A stretch of 63,276 bases of DNA, the filler included, from Octopus bimaculoides (lineage: Eukaryota), in NCBI RefSeq assembly GCF_001194135.2. It is 5 parts of 5 records of this genome, joined end to end, with 100 filler letters (N's around TTAATTAATTAA, not from the genome) between each part and the next. Parts side by side here need not be neighbours in the genome. Positions count along the whole stretch, not along the records: positions 61,126 to 63,276 come from NC_069000.1; 4 more parts are not named here. The stretch is one strand, 5' to 3'. Under the pieces are notes generated by a model, which had not been told where the DNA came from, did not search any database, and saw nothing but the letters and a program-made list of their open reading frames with translations. This document shows, piece after piece, positions 62,706 to 63,276 of this stretch. The position numbers and the translations under genes are program-made. The stretch's first letter is position 1, and every line of letters starts with the position of its first letter.

Positions 62706-62877
62706 TGTGCATGTATGTATGTATGTATGTATGTATGTATGCGTATATACGTGTGCGCATATAAGTATACATGTATGTTTGTATGTATACCGGGCCCCGG
62801 AATGGTACAGACTTACATGTATACATATATACTTTTTTAATGCGCACATATACACACACATTAATGCATATATATAT

Positions 62878-62951
<74 letters not shown>

Positions 62952-62955
62952 GTAT
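62590..62955. repeat. Compound (TG)n/(TA)n/(TATG)n/(CA)n microsatellites
   Basis: Direct reading. Confidence 0.95.
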
Positions 62956-63225
62956 TATATACTCATTTATATATTTTAAATGTGATAAACACGCTATATC
63001 CTCATATATACCACATTATTCATTCACTCCCACATATATACACATATCGATAGATATAAATAAAACGAAAAACAAGACCAACTCTATACACACGTAGAAA
63101 GATAAAGTCTATAGACACTTCAAATCAAAGTAATATCAATATAAACGAAATACCCCAAATACGTACATCGAACCAAACTAACAATTATACATGATAAATA
63201 CTCTATATCTACTTGTATATATACA

Positions 63226-63276
<51 letters not shown>

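Noticed and set aside
62517-63097. ORFs rich in CV/HT/YI (also 18182-18558, 43014-43284, 48353-48585)
   Set aside because: Microsatellite read-through.
1-63276. CRISPR array or prokaryotic system
   Set aside because: No repeat-spacer array, operon structure or prokaryote-like coding density.

Overview
AT-rich, gapped metazoan genomic DNA. The tRNA-headed SINE families, RTE LINEs with (GAT)n tails and dense TA/CA microsatellites point to an octopus-type cephalopod genome (inference; no search run). No complete protein-coding gene, rRNA, true tRNA or CRISPR array is visible. Most ORF-track entries are microsatellite, gap or transposon read-throughs. Recognisable elements include two mariner copies (one full-length with TIRs, Hsmar1/cecropia-like), a maT-like remnant, Tx1/L1, CR1 and RTE LINE fragments (the RTE carries a C4HC3 PHD finger inside its RT region), a Gypsy integrase tail, Helitron ends, piggyBac-type and Merlin-like MITEs, and many SINE copies from about five families. 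CpG content is mosaic: normal at about 1-16 kb, 36.5-42 kb and 61-63 kb, and depleted at about 17-36 kb and 42.5-61 kb, consistent with two methylated gene bodies around a promoter-like island. Splice signals suggest a + strand gene starting near 40.3 kb with a signal-peptide-like exon at 53170-53270. The most unusual structure is a set of five foldback palindromes at 44.9 kb and 48.9-50.1 kb whose arm mismatches are skewed toward G.U pairing on the + strand (30 G.U vs 11 A.C by hand count).
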